A DNA stretch of 50,906 bases from Octopus bimaculoides (GCF_001194135.2 NC_069000.1:35918450-35969355), one strand, 5' to 3'. Shown: positions 20,201-32,912, numbered from the stretch's first letter. Numbers and translations are program-made. Notes: generated from the sequence alone by a model not told the origin.

Positions 20201-20750
20201 GAGTGAGAGAGCAGGGCATGCTATCAAAGTGACACTAGAGTAAAATATACGAAGCCCATTATACCTATCATGACAACCGTCTGATAAGGGTACACCAGGC
20301 ACATGCATCACAACCATATGTGCGCAACATGGTGATCTCAAATCTAGATTAACAGAGCATGACCTTGCAGGTGGGGCCCAGTTAGAATTTTCTTCAGGTC
20401 GAGTAGCTCATCCTACTTAAATGGTCCTTGAATAAGGGTTGTTTAAGGCTGTTGAATGAATTATTCACCAGAGGTGAATTATTCAAACCCCAAAGAATTC
20501 CTCTCAACACATGGCTATGATGCTCCCCCACTACTTCTGCTCATGATCAGAGATGAACATATTGTCAGCCACCAAGAGACATGCTCAACTGGTTATGGTC
20601 AAACAACTGACAAGCAAATCTGTGGTATTGAGCAGAATATTTGCTGTAGCCATTTTTTATACCAAGACAAAATAATGTACATGATAACACTTCCAATCAG
20701 TTAAGATCAGAAGCGATGAAAGCTATTGCCTGGTACTACATCAGGGCATT
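20201..20750 (-). mobile_element. About 550-bp repeat flanked by (TAA)n, probably R4/Dong-associated
   Basis: GC-richer block bounded by (ATT)n on both sides and adjacent to the R4/Dong 3' end. I recall it as a common Octopus repeat, but it is single-copy in this window. Confidence 0.5.
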
Positions 20751-22859
20751 TATTATTATTATTATTATATGCTGGCTAAATACAGATGGAAACTGTTTTC
20801 TGTTGTGTGTGTGTGTACATATATATATGTATACATATTGCATATTTTGATAAATATATAAATACTCTCTTACTTTTATCTATGAGAAAGTTCTCAAAGC
20901 ATTTTCTTCTTTTTTTTAATGCGTGTGTATGTGTGTATGAATTACATTATATTTATAGTGAGGACAGGATGGAATTATAGAAGGCCATTATAGAAATTAC
21001 TTGGGAAGATTGGAAGAGGCATCTGGCTTGTTGATTTGCTCTCGTTAAATAACTATGCACCAGACAGACATCAAAAGACAATATATTTGAAGTGACTTAA
21101 TCTCAGACAGTAGCTACGTAAGTAGGATGGCAATAAAGACAGTCAGGTAGAATATATGCTTTTCTGGGTACGTGTAGATTTGGTTAGAGTACACATTGCA
21201 GTTTGTTTCATTTAGAAGCTTTGTGTGTGTGCATACGTGAGGGTTATGTATGTGTGTGTGTGGTGGTGGTGGTGGTGGTGGGGGAGATGTGTGAAGCTGT
21301 GGGGGTGTTTGCAAGCCTGTCTCTGTGTTCAACTGCTTTAATCAGAATTATTTGAAGACTGCCTGATAGTGAGAATGAATATTGCTGCTAATCATTGGAT
21401 GGATTTTTTTTCTTTTTTTTTTTCTTTTTAGGATAGGTTTGTTTAATTTTTGTCCATTTAATAGTAGTACATGGTNNNNNNNNNNNNNNNNNNNNNNNNN
21501 NNNNNNNNNNNNNNNNNNNNNNNNNNNNNNNNNNNNNNNNNNNNNNNNNNNNNNNNNNNNNNNNNNNNNNNNNNNNNNNNNNNNNNNNNNNNNNNNNNNN
21601 NNNNNNNNNNNNNNNNNNNNNNNNNNNNNNNNNNNNNNNNNNNNNNNNNNNNNNNNNNNNNNNNNNNNNNNNNNNNNNNNNNNNNNNNNNNNNNNNNNNN
21701 NNNNNNNNNNNNNNNNNNNNNNNNNNNNNNNNNNNNNNNNNNNNNNNNNNNNNNNNNNNNNNNNNNNNNNNNNNNNNNNNNNNNNNNNNNNNNNNNNNNN
21801 NNNNNNNNNNNNNNNNNNNNNNNNNNNNNNNNNNNNNNNNNNNNNNNNNNNNNNNNNNNNNNNNNNNNNNNNNNNNNNNNNNNNNNNNNNNNNNNNNNNN
21901 NNNNNNNNNNNNNNNNNNNNNNNNNNNNNNNNNNNNNNNNNNNNNNNNNNNNNNNNNNNNNNNNNNNNNNNNNNNNNNNNNNNNNNNNNNNNNNNNNNNN
22001 NNNNNNNNNNNNNNNNNNNNNNNNNNNNNNNNNNNNNNNNNNNNNNNNNNNNNNNNNNNNNNNNNNNNNNNNNNNNNNNNNNNNNNNNNNNNNNNNNNNN
22101 NNNNNNNNNNNNNNNNNNNNNNNNNNNNNNNNNNNNNNNNNNNNNNNNNNNNNNNNNNNNNNNNNNNNNNNNNNNNNNNNNNNNNNNNNNNNNNNNNNNN
22201 NNNNNNNNNNNNNNNNNNNNNNNNNNNNNNNNNNNNNNNNNNNNNNNNNNNNNNNNNNNNNNNNNNNNNNNNNNNNNNNNNNTATATATATATATATATA
22301 TTTGGTTAATAAAATCAAAAAAAGGATAAAATCTATTACAAGAATTTTATCAGGAAGCTAGTGTGTAAAAAAATTTGTAAGGGAAATTTCTATTCCCAAG
22401 AATATACTTATTCGTTTATATATATATAAAGGGCATTACTACAGAATAATGCCACACACTAGACTTCCCAAATAAACACATTTTAGTACCGAATGCGAGG
22501 AAAAACAACTTTTGAAAGAAACTAACATTTAAAAAAAATAAACTCAACTATGTATCGACCGATTTCACGATTACCAGAATGAAATCTAGTTTTTGTTCGT
22601 CAGCATAGTATAGTATCAACATATATAAATAAACAGAATCCTCACCTTACCAAAACGAACACTTATGTATCCGGCCAAGCAAAGGGAATGATGCTTATCT
22701 ATATACATCTCTGTAAAAAAAGCGGGAATCTCTCTGAGTTGTTCTCTTATGTTTTGACAGACATTCTCTAGAACAATACTTTGTGCAAAACTAAAAATGT
22801 GGTGCCCTAGTCATAACAGTAGCTTGAACTTCTAACTTGTCTCTTGAGGTCTCTGGATG

Positions 22860-23080
22860 GAGACTTGGAGTCAACTTGCAAGAGCACTCCACATACACAC
22901 GTAACCTTAATGTAATTCTTAGGGAGATTCAGCATGACACAGGGCTGGCCCTTTTAAATACAGGTACAACTCATTTTTGCTAGCTGAGTGGACTGGAGCA
23001 ATGAAAAATAAAGTGTCTTGCTCAAGGACACAATGTACCACTGGGAATTGAACTCAAAACCTCATGATTGTGAGTTGAAT
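22860..23080 (-). mobile_element. SINE family D (D head + C-type tail)
   Basis: Head GAGTTCAATTCCC...TGTGTCCTTGAGCAAGACACTTT...CTCCAGTCCACTCAGCT; tail block GTGTCATGCTGAATCTCCCTAAGAATTACATTAAGG...GTGGAGTGCTC shared with family C. Confidence 0.7.
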
Positions 23081-23490
23081 ATAGTAACAAGCCAAATATA
23101 ATAACAATAAGAGCAATAAGAATCTTTTGTAATAAATTTCTCTGTTTCTCTTTTAACCGATACTGTTATGTTTTATCAATTTCAAAGACCAGTGTCTTCA
23201 TATTTTGTTTGGTTATTAATGAAGTCGGATATGTCTAGTAGATCTAAATCAATTAGTGTTTATTAAAGCTGCATGGATGAGTTGTTCTGTCTTAGAAGTC
23301 TTTGCAAAATGAATTCTAACACATTGTATTCATAAATATTTCAACCTTGATATATATAACCTTGGTTAACGAGAAAATGCGAAAATGTGAGTTCAGCAGT
23401 GACAGTAAAGATGTTTCAATCGTGAGTAGAGTGACTTTAATCATTATACAACTGTCATACTTTTTCTTTTCTGCATAGTTGTCATCATTA

Positions 23491-23844
23491 CTCGTGGTCA
23501 TAGGATCGCGGTTTCAATTCCCAGACCAGGCGTTGTGAGTGTTTATTGAGCGAAAACACCTAAAGCTCCACGAGGCTCCGGCAGGAGATGGTGGCGAACC
23601 CTGCTGTACTCTTTCACCACAACTTTCTCTCACTCTTACTTCCTGTTTCTGTTGTGCCTGTAATTCAAAGGGTCAGCCTTGTCACACTGTGTCACGTTGA
23701 ATATCTCCGAGAACTACGTTAAGTGTACACGTGTCTGTGGAGTGCTCAGCCACTTGCATGTTAATTTCACGAGCAGGCTGTTCCGTTGATTGGATCAACT
23801 GGAATCCTCGACATCGTAAGCGACGGAGTGCCAACAACAACAAC
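23491..23844 (+). mobile_element. SINE family C, 5'-truncated
   Basis: High similarity to 39560-39945; ends GCGACGGAGTGCC(AAC)n. Confidence 0.9.
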
Positions 23845-23845
23845 A

Positions 23846-23995
23846 GTTGTCATCATCATCATCATCATCATCAGCATCATCATCATATCCACTTTTTCCA
23901 TGCTTTCATGGATCAAACAGAATTTTGTTGATGTGGCTTTTCTATGGCCAGATGCCTTTCCTATCACCAACCTCACCTGTTTTCAGGCAGTCACA
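23846..23995 (-). mobile_element. RTE-type tail remnant
   Basis: (CAT)n followed by CCACTTTTTCCATGCTTTCATGG...TTCCTATCACCAACCTCACCTGTTT. Confidence 0.75.
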
Positions 23996-24724
23996 CCTGC
24001 ACCTATTATTGTATTTGTCAGAATTCTATTTGGAACAGTTAAATATGCTCATAGGTATTTATTTGTTCCACTTGCTGGCATCATAAACAATCAGTTGTTT
24101 GACTATGTAGAATCAGAGATATATCCATTAATAAGTGATGTTCATTAGTCACTGTGAAGCTATTTCACTCCTGATTGAAGTGTCTTCAGCCATGATCTAG
24201 CTCATGCATAATAGTATCAGAATTTTAACATAAGCTTTTAAATTATGTAAGCTAAATAGAAACCTTGATGAAGCTGCTTGGTTTATTTGGCAGCAACCAA
24301 ATCACCCTTAAATCACATCCTGCTATCATAAAAGAGAAGACTACATTGGACAATATAGTCCTTGATAGATACAAAGATGGGATGGTCTTAAGTGGAATGT
24401 TGTTCACTCAACTGTTAAATTATATTTAATATGATGTTATTTAAACATATTATCATCTCTTTAACATGGGTTATGGTAATATGTTTCACAGAAAATTATA
24501 ATCTGTCTGTCTGTCTTTGGTGAAGCAGATATGTTCAACACCCAAGAAGCTTTTAGTAATGTGGGATTGAGTCAAGTTATTCATAAATGCACACAACTCC
24601 TACTAAATATGTTGAGTGCTACTTTCTTTCATTAATTCACTCATTCATATATCATCATTGTCATTTAACGTACGTTTTCTGTGCTAGCATGGGTTGGACT
24701 AATATATATATATGTATAAAGGTA

Positions 24725-25254
24725 CCATGAAACGGGGTTACTTTGACCAGTTTTAGACTTCTTATTGCGCTAATTTCATAACCTTTTTTTCAATCTTAAC
24801 TAAATTTGACTATGTTAGGGGCACTAAATAGGTAAACTGATATATGAAATAAAAATAAGTTGCAGTCAATATTTGATTACTTTTTTTTTATATAATTGTC
24901 ACTGTTCAAAGTTACTTTGAACAGTAATGTTTTTTTAAAATTTTTGTTCAAAAGTTGAATATGTTATTTGGAGGGATAAGTTTTCCATCAACCGTAAGAG
25001 TTGCTTTTAAGTACTGGAAATACAAGGATACTTCTGTAGCATTTAAACATACTCTGGATCTTTTGATATTTTGGTACAGGCGTGATACTAATTGGGATTT
25101 GTTTCACTTTAAAAATGAATTAACCCATTCGGCTGAAGGAAAATTGTTTTTAAATTGCATTACTATGCAACCTTGAGCTGTGATATAAAGAGGAAACAAA
25201 ATATTATATTTTGTTCAAAGTTGCCCCAGTGTTCTAAGTAACCCCATTTCACGG
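24725..25254. mobile_element. Non-autonomous DNA transposon (pogo/Tc1-like), 530 bp
   Basis: TA+CCATGAAACGGGGTTACTT...AAGTAACCCCATTTCACGG+TA; 19-bp TIR with 2 mismatches; AT-rich non-coding interior. Confidence 0.8.
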
Positions 25255-25634
25255 TACTAACTTAAAATATTAAAATATTTAATTATTATCCACTGATGAG
25301 TTCCAAATGACTTAATATGATAATGTGTATTACTTTTGTTGAAATACATATTCTTCAGTTGCATACCTGAAATATGGTCTTTTGCGACAGAAAGTGCTGC
25401 ATGGTTAAATTAAATAAATAATCCATATTACCACCTAAACCTGTTCCATTTATTTGATGACATTTATTGGACTCAGTCTAGTAAATTGATTCTTCCAATG
25501 ATTTTTATTTATACATATTCATACGGAAATGCAAGGAATCCCTTCAATAAAGTATGATAAAAAAAAAAAAAACCTTGGAAACTTAGGGAATAATGCCCTA
25601 AATGGAAGAAGTATTTTCATCCAGAAAAATATAA

Positions 25635-25669
<35 letters not shown>

Positions 25670-26761
25670 ATGCAAGTGTGTGTATGTGAAATTAGATCTG
25701 ATTGTGCGGGCCCATTTACAATTTCTTTTGTGACTCATGGAAAATCATGGAACAATTTGCTACCCCTAACCCTAACATTAAATACTTGCAAATAACTATT
25801 TGTTTTTAATACAATATACAGGAACTTGAAGAATTGTATTTTCTCTGTAGACATATGATTAAAACAGAAAAGAAACTATGCTGACACTATAGTTGAAGTA
25901 AAGGACAACTAGTTTAGAAATGATTTATTGAAAGCCTAATAACTTATTCTGTTGGGAAAGGAACATTGCTAAACATTATCTGTACTTGAGAAGAAAGTAT
26001 TCTATTCGACAGTAAGTCACTTAAGTGAAATTAACTGTCAAATCTTTTGTGTATTGTTTTATCAAAGACTACAAAGTTGTACCAAGAGTACAACCATTCT
26101 CATAATAAAATGGATGCCCTGACAAAATCCCCTCAGTATGAGGCATGTTGTAAGAAAAGAGTTTAGGTATGATTTGTAATCTGAGCTCCCATGTACTTAA
26201 GAATTTACACATTTTCATCATGAGCACATACCAAGCCCTCTATTTTTTTTTTGTTTTTTCTTTTGATGAAACAACCAACCATAGTTGATGGCATAAAAAA
26301 TGCACAAGCATACTAGATGCATTCCAGTTTCAGCAGTGCATATTTATGAAAAATGTTTGAAATGCATTCAAGCTTATGGGAAGCCCATCTTAACATATGG
26401 AACCCAGGGTAATTTTATGGAGACTTGTTTTAGGAAAGTGAATCCTTCTTTTATATCATCAAATATGATAAAGAAAAGTGGGTAGAAAAACTGAGTGTAT
26501 TAGAAATATGAAGTACTCAACTAATTTAGAAGAGCAGAAATTGCTGTAGATGGGCCAGGAAGAAGAAACAATGCACTTGTGAGCTAGTTACTGGAGACTT
26601 TAGCCAGTCAGATGGCCAGCTTAAAATTTTTGTTTTTTATTTGACGCTGTCTAAAATGTTCTAAATATATGAGCTATAATGTGATGTAAGTCACACTTGT
26701 TATTTGCAAATTTTCCATGAGTCACAAAAGAAATTGCAGATGGGCTCATACAATCAGATTT

Positions 26762-26940
26762 AATTTCACACACACACACACACTTCTTTCATTTTCCCAC
26801 TATGAAATTCACTCAGAAGCCTTTCCCCAGCCTGGGGCTATAACAGAAGGCATTTACCCAAGGTGTCACACAGTGGGATTGAACCCAAGACCACATGGTT
26901 TAGAAGCAAGCTTCTTGTCCACACAGCCATGCTTACACCT
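26762..26940 (-). mobile_element. SINE family A, 5' half, diverged
   Basis: Head and core on the minus strand next to (CA)n. Confidence 0.75.
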
Positions 26941-27616
26941 ATACAAGTGAAATTTCTCCACCTCAGGCATACAAGCATCCTTGTCTCCTGTTGCAAAGCT
27001 CTTTTTTTTTCTTCTGTCTAGCGATTGTATGTCTTGTTGCTATTGCGTATGTCCTTGTGTAGCAGAAGTATCTTTGAGTATGTTATTACTACATAGAAGT
27101 TACTGTATAGAATGTGGGTTAAAGAGTCTACTGTCAGTGCACACTGCAATATAGCATTAACAATTGATTAAGCTCTGACGGCTCACTTTAGGTTTTAGTA
27201 TCAATAGTTTGTCTGTCATGTAAAATTGAGTGGTTAGACAACAACGCACGACCCATTAGAATGAGAGGCTTTAGTCAGAGTATTAAGAAAGTGAAAGCTG
27301 CAGCCTGTTGTGTGGATAACTGGCAGTCTGTGTACCATGTAATATAATTGATTCATCATCACAATAGTAATAATAATAACAATGATAATGATGATGATGA
27401 TGATGATGATGATAATCACTGCTACTATGACGACGGAATTTCTATACAATCATTGATCCTGCTAGAAATAACTACCAAGTATCCTTCAAACTATATTTGC
27501 TGTTTATTAAAAAAAAAAAAGGAAGGGACATGTTGGTTAATGTAATCTTAGATAGATTATGTCTGAATAAAAGTGGAGTTGTCATGGCTGGAGTACTGGG
27601 ATTAAACAACGACATG

Positions 27617-27993
27617 GTAGTAGTAGTAGTAGTAGTAGTAGCAGTAGTAGTAGTAGTAGCAGTAGTAGTAGTAGTAGTAGTAGCAGCAGCAGTAACAGTA
27701 GTAGTAGTAGCAGCAGCAGTAACAGTAGTAGTAGTAGCAGCAGCAGTAACAGTAGTAGTAGTAGCAGCAGTAACAGTAGTAGTAGTAGCAGCAGCAGTAA
27801 CAGTAGTAGTAGTAGTAGTAGCAGAAGCAGTAACAGTAGTAGTAGTAGTAGCAGCAGCAGCAGTAACAGTAGTAGTAGTAGTAGTAGCAGCAGCAGTAAC
27901 AGTAGTAGTAGTAGTAGTAACAGTAGTAGTAGTAGTAGCAGCAGCAGCAGCAGTAACAGTAGTAGTAGTAGTAGTAGCAGCAGCAGTAGTAGC
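27617..27993. repeat. Compound (GTA)/(GCA)/ACA trinucleotide array
   Basis: Directly visible; 10 GTAACA landmarks. Confidence 0.95.
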
Positions 27994-28779
27994 TTGGTTG
28001 GATTTGAATTCAGAACATAAAAGAGCATGTTTGAATAAAAAGTGGGATTGTCATGGTTGGAGTACCTTTGATCATAGTTCTGCTGGAGCAGGGCTGACCT
28101 GGGGTTAAACCACAACAAAGTAGTGGGGGGGGGGTAGCTAGGCAAGATTTGAACTCAGAGCATAAACGAACCAGAAGTTGTCTGTCATTGCCGCAGCCAC
28201 CTTTCACCTTCTTTCAATGAAATCTGATTAATATCATGAATATGAAATCAGCAGGAAACATCCAGTGTTTACTTAGCTCTGTAACCAAACTAAAGTGCAG
28301 AGTGAGGTCAAGAAAACAAAACAGATAGGCATGCCTCCACTTTACTGATTAGAATCATCTCAGGAAGTGGTAACCTGTATAAACTAATGGTTCAGCATGA
28401 TCTGACATTGAACACTTTTGAAAAATATATAGGTAGAGAGGAAACATCTCTTCAAAGTCTGTGTATTATTAACATTTATTCGGTTCCTTCTTCAGCTTAT
28501 GTAAAACTAACAATGAAATGAAAACAGTCACGCCATTGTGATTTGTTTTCAATATCTGTGAAGTCTTGCTGCTCTGATATTGGTAAATATGTCAATTACT
28601 TTCCTTGTTTCTTTATTGGCATCTAGAAGAGTTGCAGCTAGCTGGCTTAGTGAGATGCTTGTGGCCTGTCAGCAAAATAGCTGGTGGTGTGCATCTTGTT
28701 GTCTAGAGTGCAATATTTCTCATAAAGATTAACAAAAGACACTTGGCTCGCAATTGTTCAGTCTACTTAGCTGTAACTA

Positions 28780-29016
28780 AATACCACCATCTTTCTAACA
28801 ACAACCGTCGGCACCTTCTTGAATTCCATATGTCTTACACTTGAGGGCATACTTACAAAATCAAGAAACAACACAGCACCTGTGACTTTTAGAAACATTT
28901 TTTCATGCTCAGAATTGCTGATGCATGGAATAAACTACCTGCATCAGTTGTTAGCTGTGAAGACACAACATCGTTCAAAGCTTCCATGCTTCCTGAAATT
29001 CACAGACGGTACACCC
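28780..29016 (+). mobile_element. CR1-type LINE ORF2 C-terminal remnant
   Basis: T*GHTYKIKKQHSTCDF*KHFFMLRIADAWNKLPASVVSCEDTTSFKASM matches the CR1 pattern TRGH..KL...R..FF..R....WN.LP..VV....SFK. Confidence 0.85.
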
Positions 29017-29206
29017 AATGCTCCCCACCCCCATTTCTTTCTTTCTTTCCTTCTTTCTTCCTTTTTTTTTTTTAAGACTTATTCACTGTTCGCTTCCTGT
29101 GCCTTATTCTATGTATTGTTCATGCAATTTTGGTTACTTTTTCTGATGAATTGTAGTGCACCTGAGCACTGCATACAGTAAGCTCATTACTATTTTTAAA
29201 AAAATG

Positions 29207-29620
29207 CTTTACTCTTACTCTTTTACTCTTTTACTTGTTTCAGTCATTTGACTGCGGCCATGCTGGAGCACCACCTTTTTTTAGTCGAGTAAATCGACCC
29301 CAGGACTTATTCTTTGTAAGCCTAGTACTTATTCTATCGGTCTCTTTTTGCTGAACCGCTAAGTTACGCGTACATAAACACACCACCAAGCGATGTTGGG
29401 GAAACAAACACAGACACACAAACATATACACACACACACATACATATATACATATATACGACAAGCTTCTTTCAGTTTCCATCTACCAAATCCACTCAGA
29501 AGGCTTTGGTCGGCCCGAGGCTATAGTAGAAGACACTTGCCCAAAGTGCCACGCAGTGGGACTGAACCCAGAACCATGTGGTTCGTAAGCAAGCTACTTA
29601 CCACACAGCCACTCCTGCGC
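29207..29620 (-). mobile_element. SINE family A, full length, young
   Basis: Near-consensus reverse complement of 14124-14538, with a short tail deletion. Confidence 0.9.
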
Positions 29621-29791
29621 TTTGTAAACTTTATATGAATCCCCACTTGTTTATTTTTTTTACTGACCTCTGAACGTATGAAAAACAAAGTCAATCTAGG
29701 CAGGATTTGAACACAGAATGTTAAGAGATGTAACCGAATACCACAAAGCATTTTCTTCCTCACACTCCACTTGTTCCAACGTTTACTCCTT

Positions 29792-30009
29792 TTCTTTTCT
29801 ACTCTAGGCACAAGGCCCAAAATTTTGGGGAGGGGGGGCCAGTCGATTACATCGCCGCCAGTGTATAACTGGTACTTATTTAATTGACCCTGAAAGGATA
29901 AAAGGCAAAGTCGACCTCGGCGGAATTTGAACTCAGAATGTAACAGCAGACGAAATACCGCTATGCATTTCGCCCAGCATGCTAACGTTTCTGCTAGCTT
30001 GCTGCCTTT
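29792..30009 (-). mobile_element. SINE family B, well preserved (a further fragment lies at 29650-29760)
   Basis: Minus strand AAAGGCAGCAAGCTAGCAGAAACGTTAGC...GAGTTCAAATTCCGCCGAGGTCGACTTTGCC. Confidence 0.88.
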
Positions 30010-30767
30010 CACTTACTTCTATTACCATACCTATATTATTTTGTGCAGTGACAAAGTGAAATTTCAACCTTTGCATTCAAAGATTGCTTCATGTTAACCT
30101 AGATATTTTGTTTACTTTAAATTCACTTTAAATTTAGGTCATTTATTCATGACAGCTGGCTCAATCTGCATTTGTATTTAACTTTAAAAAAATTGAATTT
30201 TTTTCCATTGTTCTCAATGTTTAGATATAAAGTTTCTTTTCTTAACAAAAAAAAAGTGCAATTATGACCACAGCCCACTGGCTGAAACTAGTTAAAAAAT
30301 AAAATAGAATTTACAAATTTTGTTTTCAAAATTAGATCTGCATATGTATTTACATATTAAAATAGAAAGTGAATAGACAAAATATTTGGCATCATTCCAG
30401 AAACATTTAATTTAAATATAGAATATAAACATAGTGCAGAGTAGTTATGATGAATAGGCAATGTCTCTTACAACTGTTTCTAGAATTGCCAAGCATGTGG
30501 ATCATATTATTTAAGTAAAGAATTCCGCGTAATCTAAGTATTCTATCATCAGAGAAAATGTAGTAAGAAAATATAGAAATGAAGAATATCCCCATTGAAG
30601 GTGTATGTGTGTGTGTGTGTCTCTGCCTCTATGCACACACACACACACATACACACATATAGCACATACACACATATAGCACATACACACATATAGCACA
30701 TACACATATAATTTTGACAATATTTTATTCCATTTTTATAAAATTTTATTTGTATGTACATATAAAT

Positions 30768-30896
30768 ATTTCCCAACCGCATGGTTCCAGGTTCAGTCCC
30801 CCTGTGTGGCATCTTGGACATGTGTCTTCTACTTTAGCCTTGGGCTGAACAAATCCTTGTGAATGGATTTGGTAGACTGAAACTGAAAGAAGCCCA

Positions 30897-30973
<77 letters not shown>

Positions 30974-31007
30974 TACGTACATACATACATATATATATAT
31001 ATATACA
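30768..31007 (-). mobile_element. SINE family A, 5' half, running into a gap
   Basis: Head and core on the minus strand, then (CA)n/(TA)n and N-gap 31008-31113. Confidence 0.8.
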
Positions 31008-31225
31008 TNNNNNNNNNNNNNNNNNNNNNNNNNNNNNNNNNNNNNNNNNNNNNNNNNNNNNNNNNNNNNNNNNNNNNNNNNNNNNNNNNNNNNNNNNNNN
31101 NNNNNNNNNNNNNNTATATATATATATATCTGTAACATGAATGTGTGTGATTCAATATATGATGATATACATACAGAATATCTGGCGGTGTAGGTTATGG
31201 TCTAGTTACCTGTATTGTAAATCAG

Positions 31226-32912
31226 GTGATTCACGAAGGAGTCATACACAGTGACTGGTGTAGCAGCACTATAGTCAACTGCTACAAGGGTAAAAGTGAT
31301 GCCTTAGATAGAAATAATTACAGAGGTATCAGATTCTTGTATCAGGTGATGAAAGTTAGAGAGAGAGTCATAACCCGACTAATTAGGAGGAAAATTAGTC
31401 TAGATGAGATACAGTTTGGTTTTGTGCCAGGGAGAAGCACCACTGATGCTATATTTCTGGTAAGGCAACTTCAGGAGGAATATCTAGCCAAAGACAAACC
31501 TCTGTACTTGGCTTTTGTTGACATGGAGAAAGCCTTTGACAGGGTCCTCCAATCCCTTACCTGGTGGTCAATGTGGAAACTAGGGATAGACATGTGGCTG
31601 GTGAGAGCTGTACAAACCATGTACAGAGATGCTACCAGTAAGGTAAGGGTTGGCAATGTGTACAGTGAAGAATTCAGAGTACAAGTAGGGGTTCACTAAG
31701 GCTCGGTCTTAAGCCCCCTTTTGTTCATCATAGCCCTCCAGGCAGTAACAGACAGGCTGCCCCTGGGAGCTCCTTTACGCTGATGACTTTGTTCTTATAA
31801 CTGAATCACTACTAGAACTAGAGAAATTTCAGGTATGGAAACAAGATCTAGAATCAAAGGGCCTTAGAGTTAACCTTACAAAAACCAAACTCTTAGTAAG
31901 TAAGAAGGCAGATAAGTCTGAAGTCCCTTCAGGTAAATGGCCCTGCTTGATCTGTAGAAAAGGTGTTGGTAGTAACTCTGTAAGTGGCACCTGGTGTAAG
32001 TTTTGGACACATAAAAGGTGCAGCAATATCAGGGGAAGGTTAACAGGGAAAATAGCTTTTGTGTGTTGTAGATGCACAGGTACAATAAACACCAAAAATG
32101 TACAGAAAATAGACTCCATCAATTGCCATGTGGGTAAGCTAGAGGTAATAGATAGCTTCTGTTACCTAGGTGATCAAGTTAGTAGTGGAGATGGATGCTC
32201 TGTCAGAATAAGATTAGGCTGGGCAAAGTTTAGAGAGCTCCTACTTCTGCTGGCAACAAAAGGCCTCTCTTTCAGAGCGAAAGGCCAATTGTATGACGCC
32301 TGTGTGCAAACAGCTATGCTATATGGCAGTGAAACATGGGCTATGACAGCTGAGAACATGTGTAGGCTTGAAAGAAATGAAGCCAGTATGCTTTACTGGA
32401 TGTGCAATGTTAGTGTGCATGTTCAACAGAGTATAGGGCATCTTGAGAGTAAAGTTAGGCATAAGAGGCATCAGATGTGGTGTGCAAGAGGAATGACTGC
32501 ACTGGTATGGTGATGTGATGTGGATGGACGAGGACAGCTGTGTAAAGAAGTGCCAATCCCTTACTGTGGAGGGAAGCTGTGGTAGATGTAGACCCAAGAA
32601 AAGTGGATGAGTTCCTTTCGAGTGTTCGGCCTCATGGAGGCAATGACCAAGACCTTTGGCAAGTAAAATTAAACCAAGTAAAATCAGTCATGGCATATAC
32701 CGGTGTCATGCAAATGGCACCTGTGCTAGTGGCATGTAAAAGCACCCATTACACTCTCAGAGTGGTTGGCATTAGGAAGAGCATCCAGCCATAGAAACCA
32801 TGCCAAAACAAACTGGAGTCTGGTGCAGCCTTCCAGCTTGCCAGCCCTGGTCAAACCTTCCAACCCATACCAGCATGGACAATGGACATTAAATGTAGAT
32901 GATGATGATGAT
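31226..32912 (+). mobile_element. RTE-clade LINE, 5'-truncated, decayed RT + 3' UTR
   Basis: RT motifs NYRGI, QFGFVPGRSTTDAIF, YLAFVDMEKAFDRV, GVH*GSVLSPLLF, LLYADD; thumb region LYDACVQTAMLYGSETW; stops and frameshifts; (GAT)n tail. Confidence 0.95.

Noticed and set aside
26060-26170. Plus-strand open segment TTKLYQEYNHSHNKMDALTKSPQYEAC with nearby GTAAG; similar weak candidates at 30470-30550
   Set aside because: Splice-like words are frequent in AT-rich DNA on both strands; no consistent gene model or known domain.
27234-27340. Minus-strand ORF ending SNGSCVVV* (CaaX-like); plus-strand open frame WLDNNARPIRMRGFSQSIKK
   Set aside because: One CaaX-like ending among some two hundred short ORFs is plausible by chance; splice sites are weak and I recognise no homology.
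27497-28145. 203-aa poly-Val/Ala ORF (+) and 187-aa poly-Leu ORF (-)
   Set aside because: Translations of a trinucleotide array flanked by repeat remnants; no splice or homology support.
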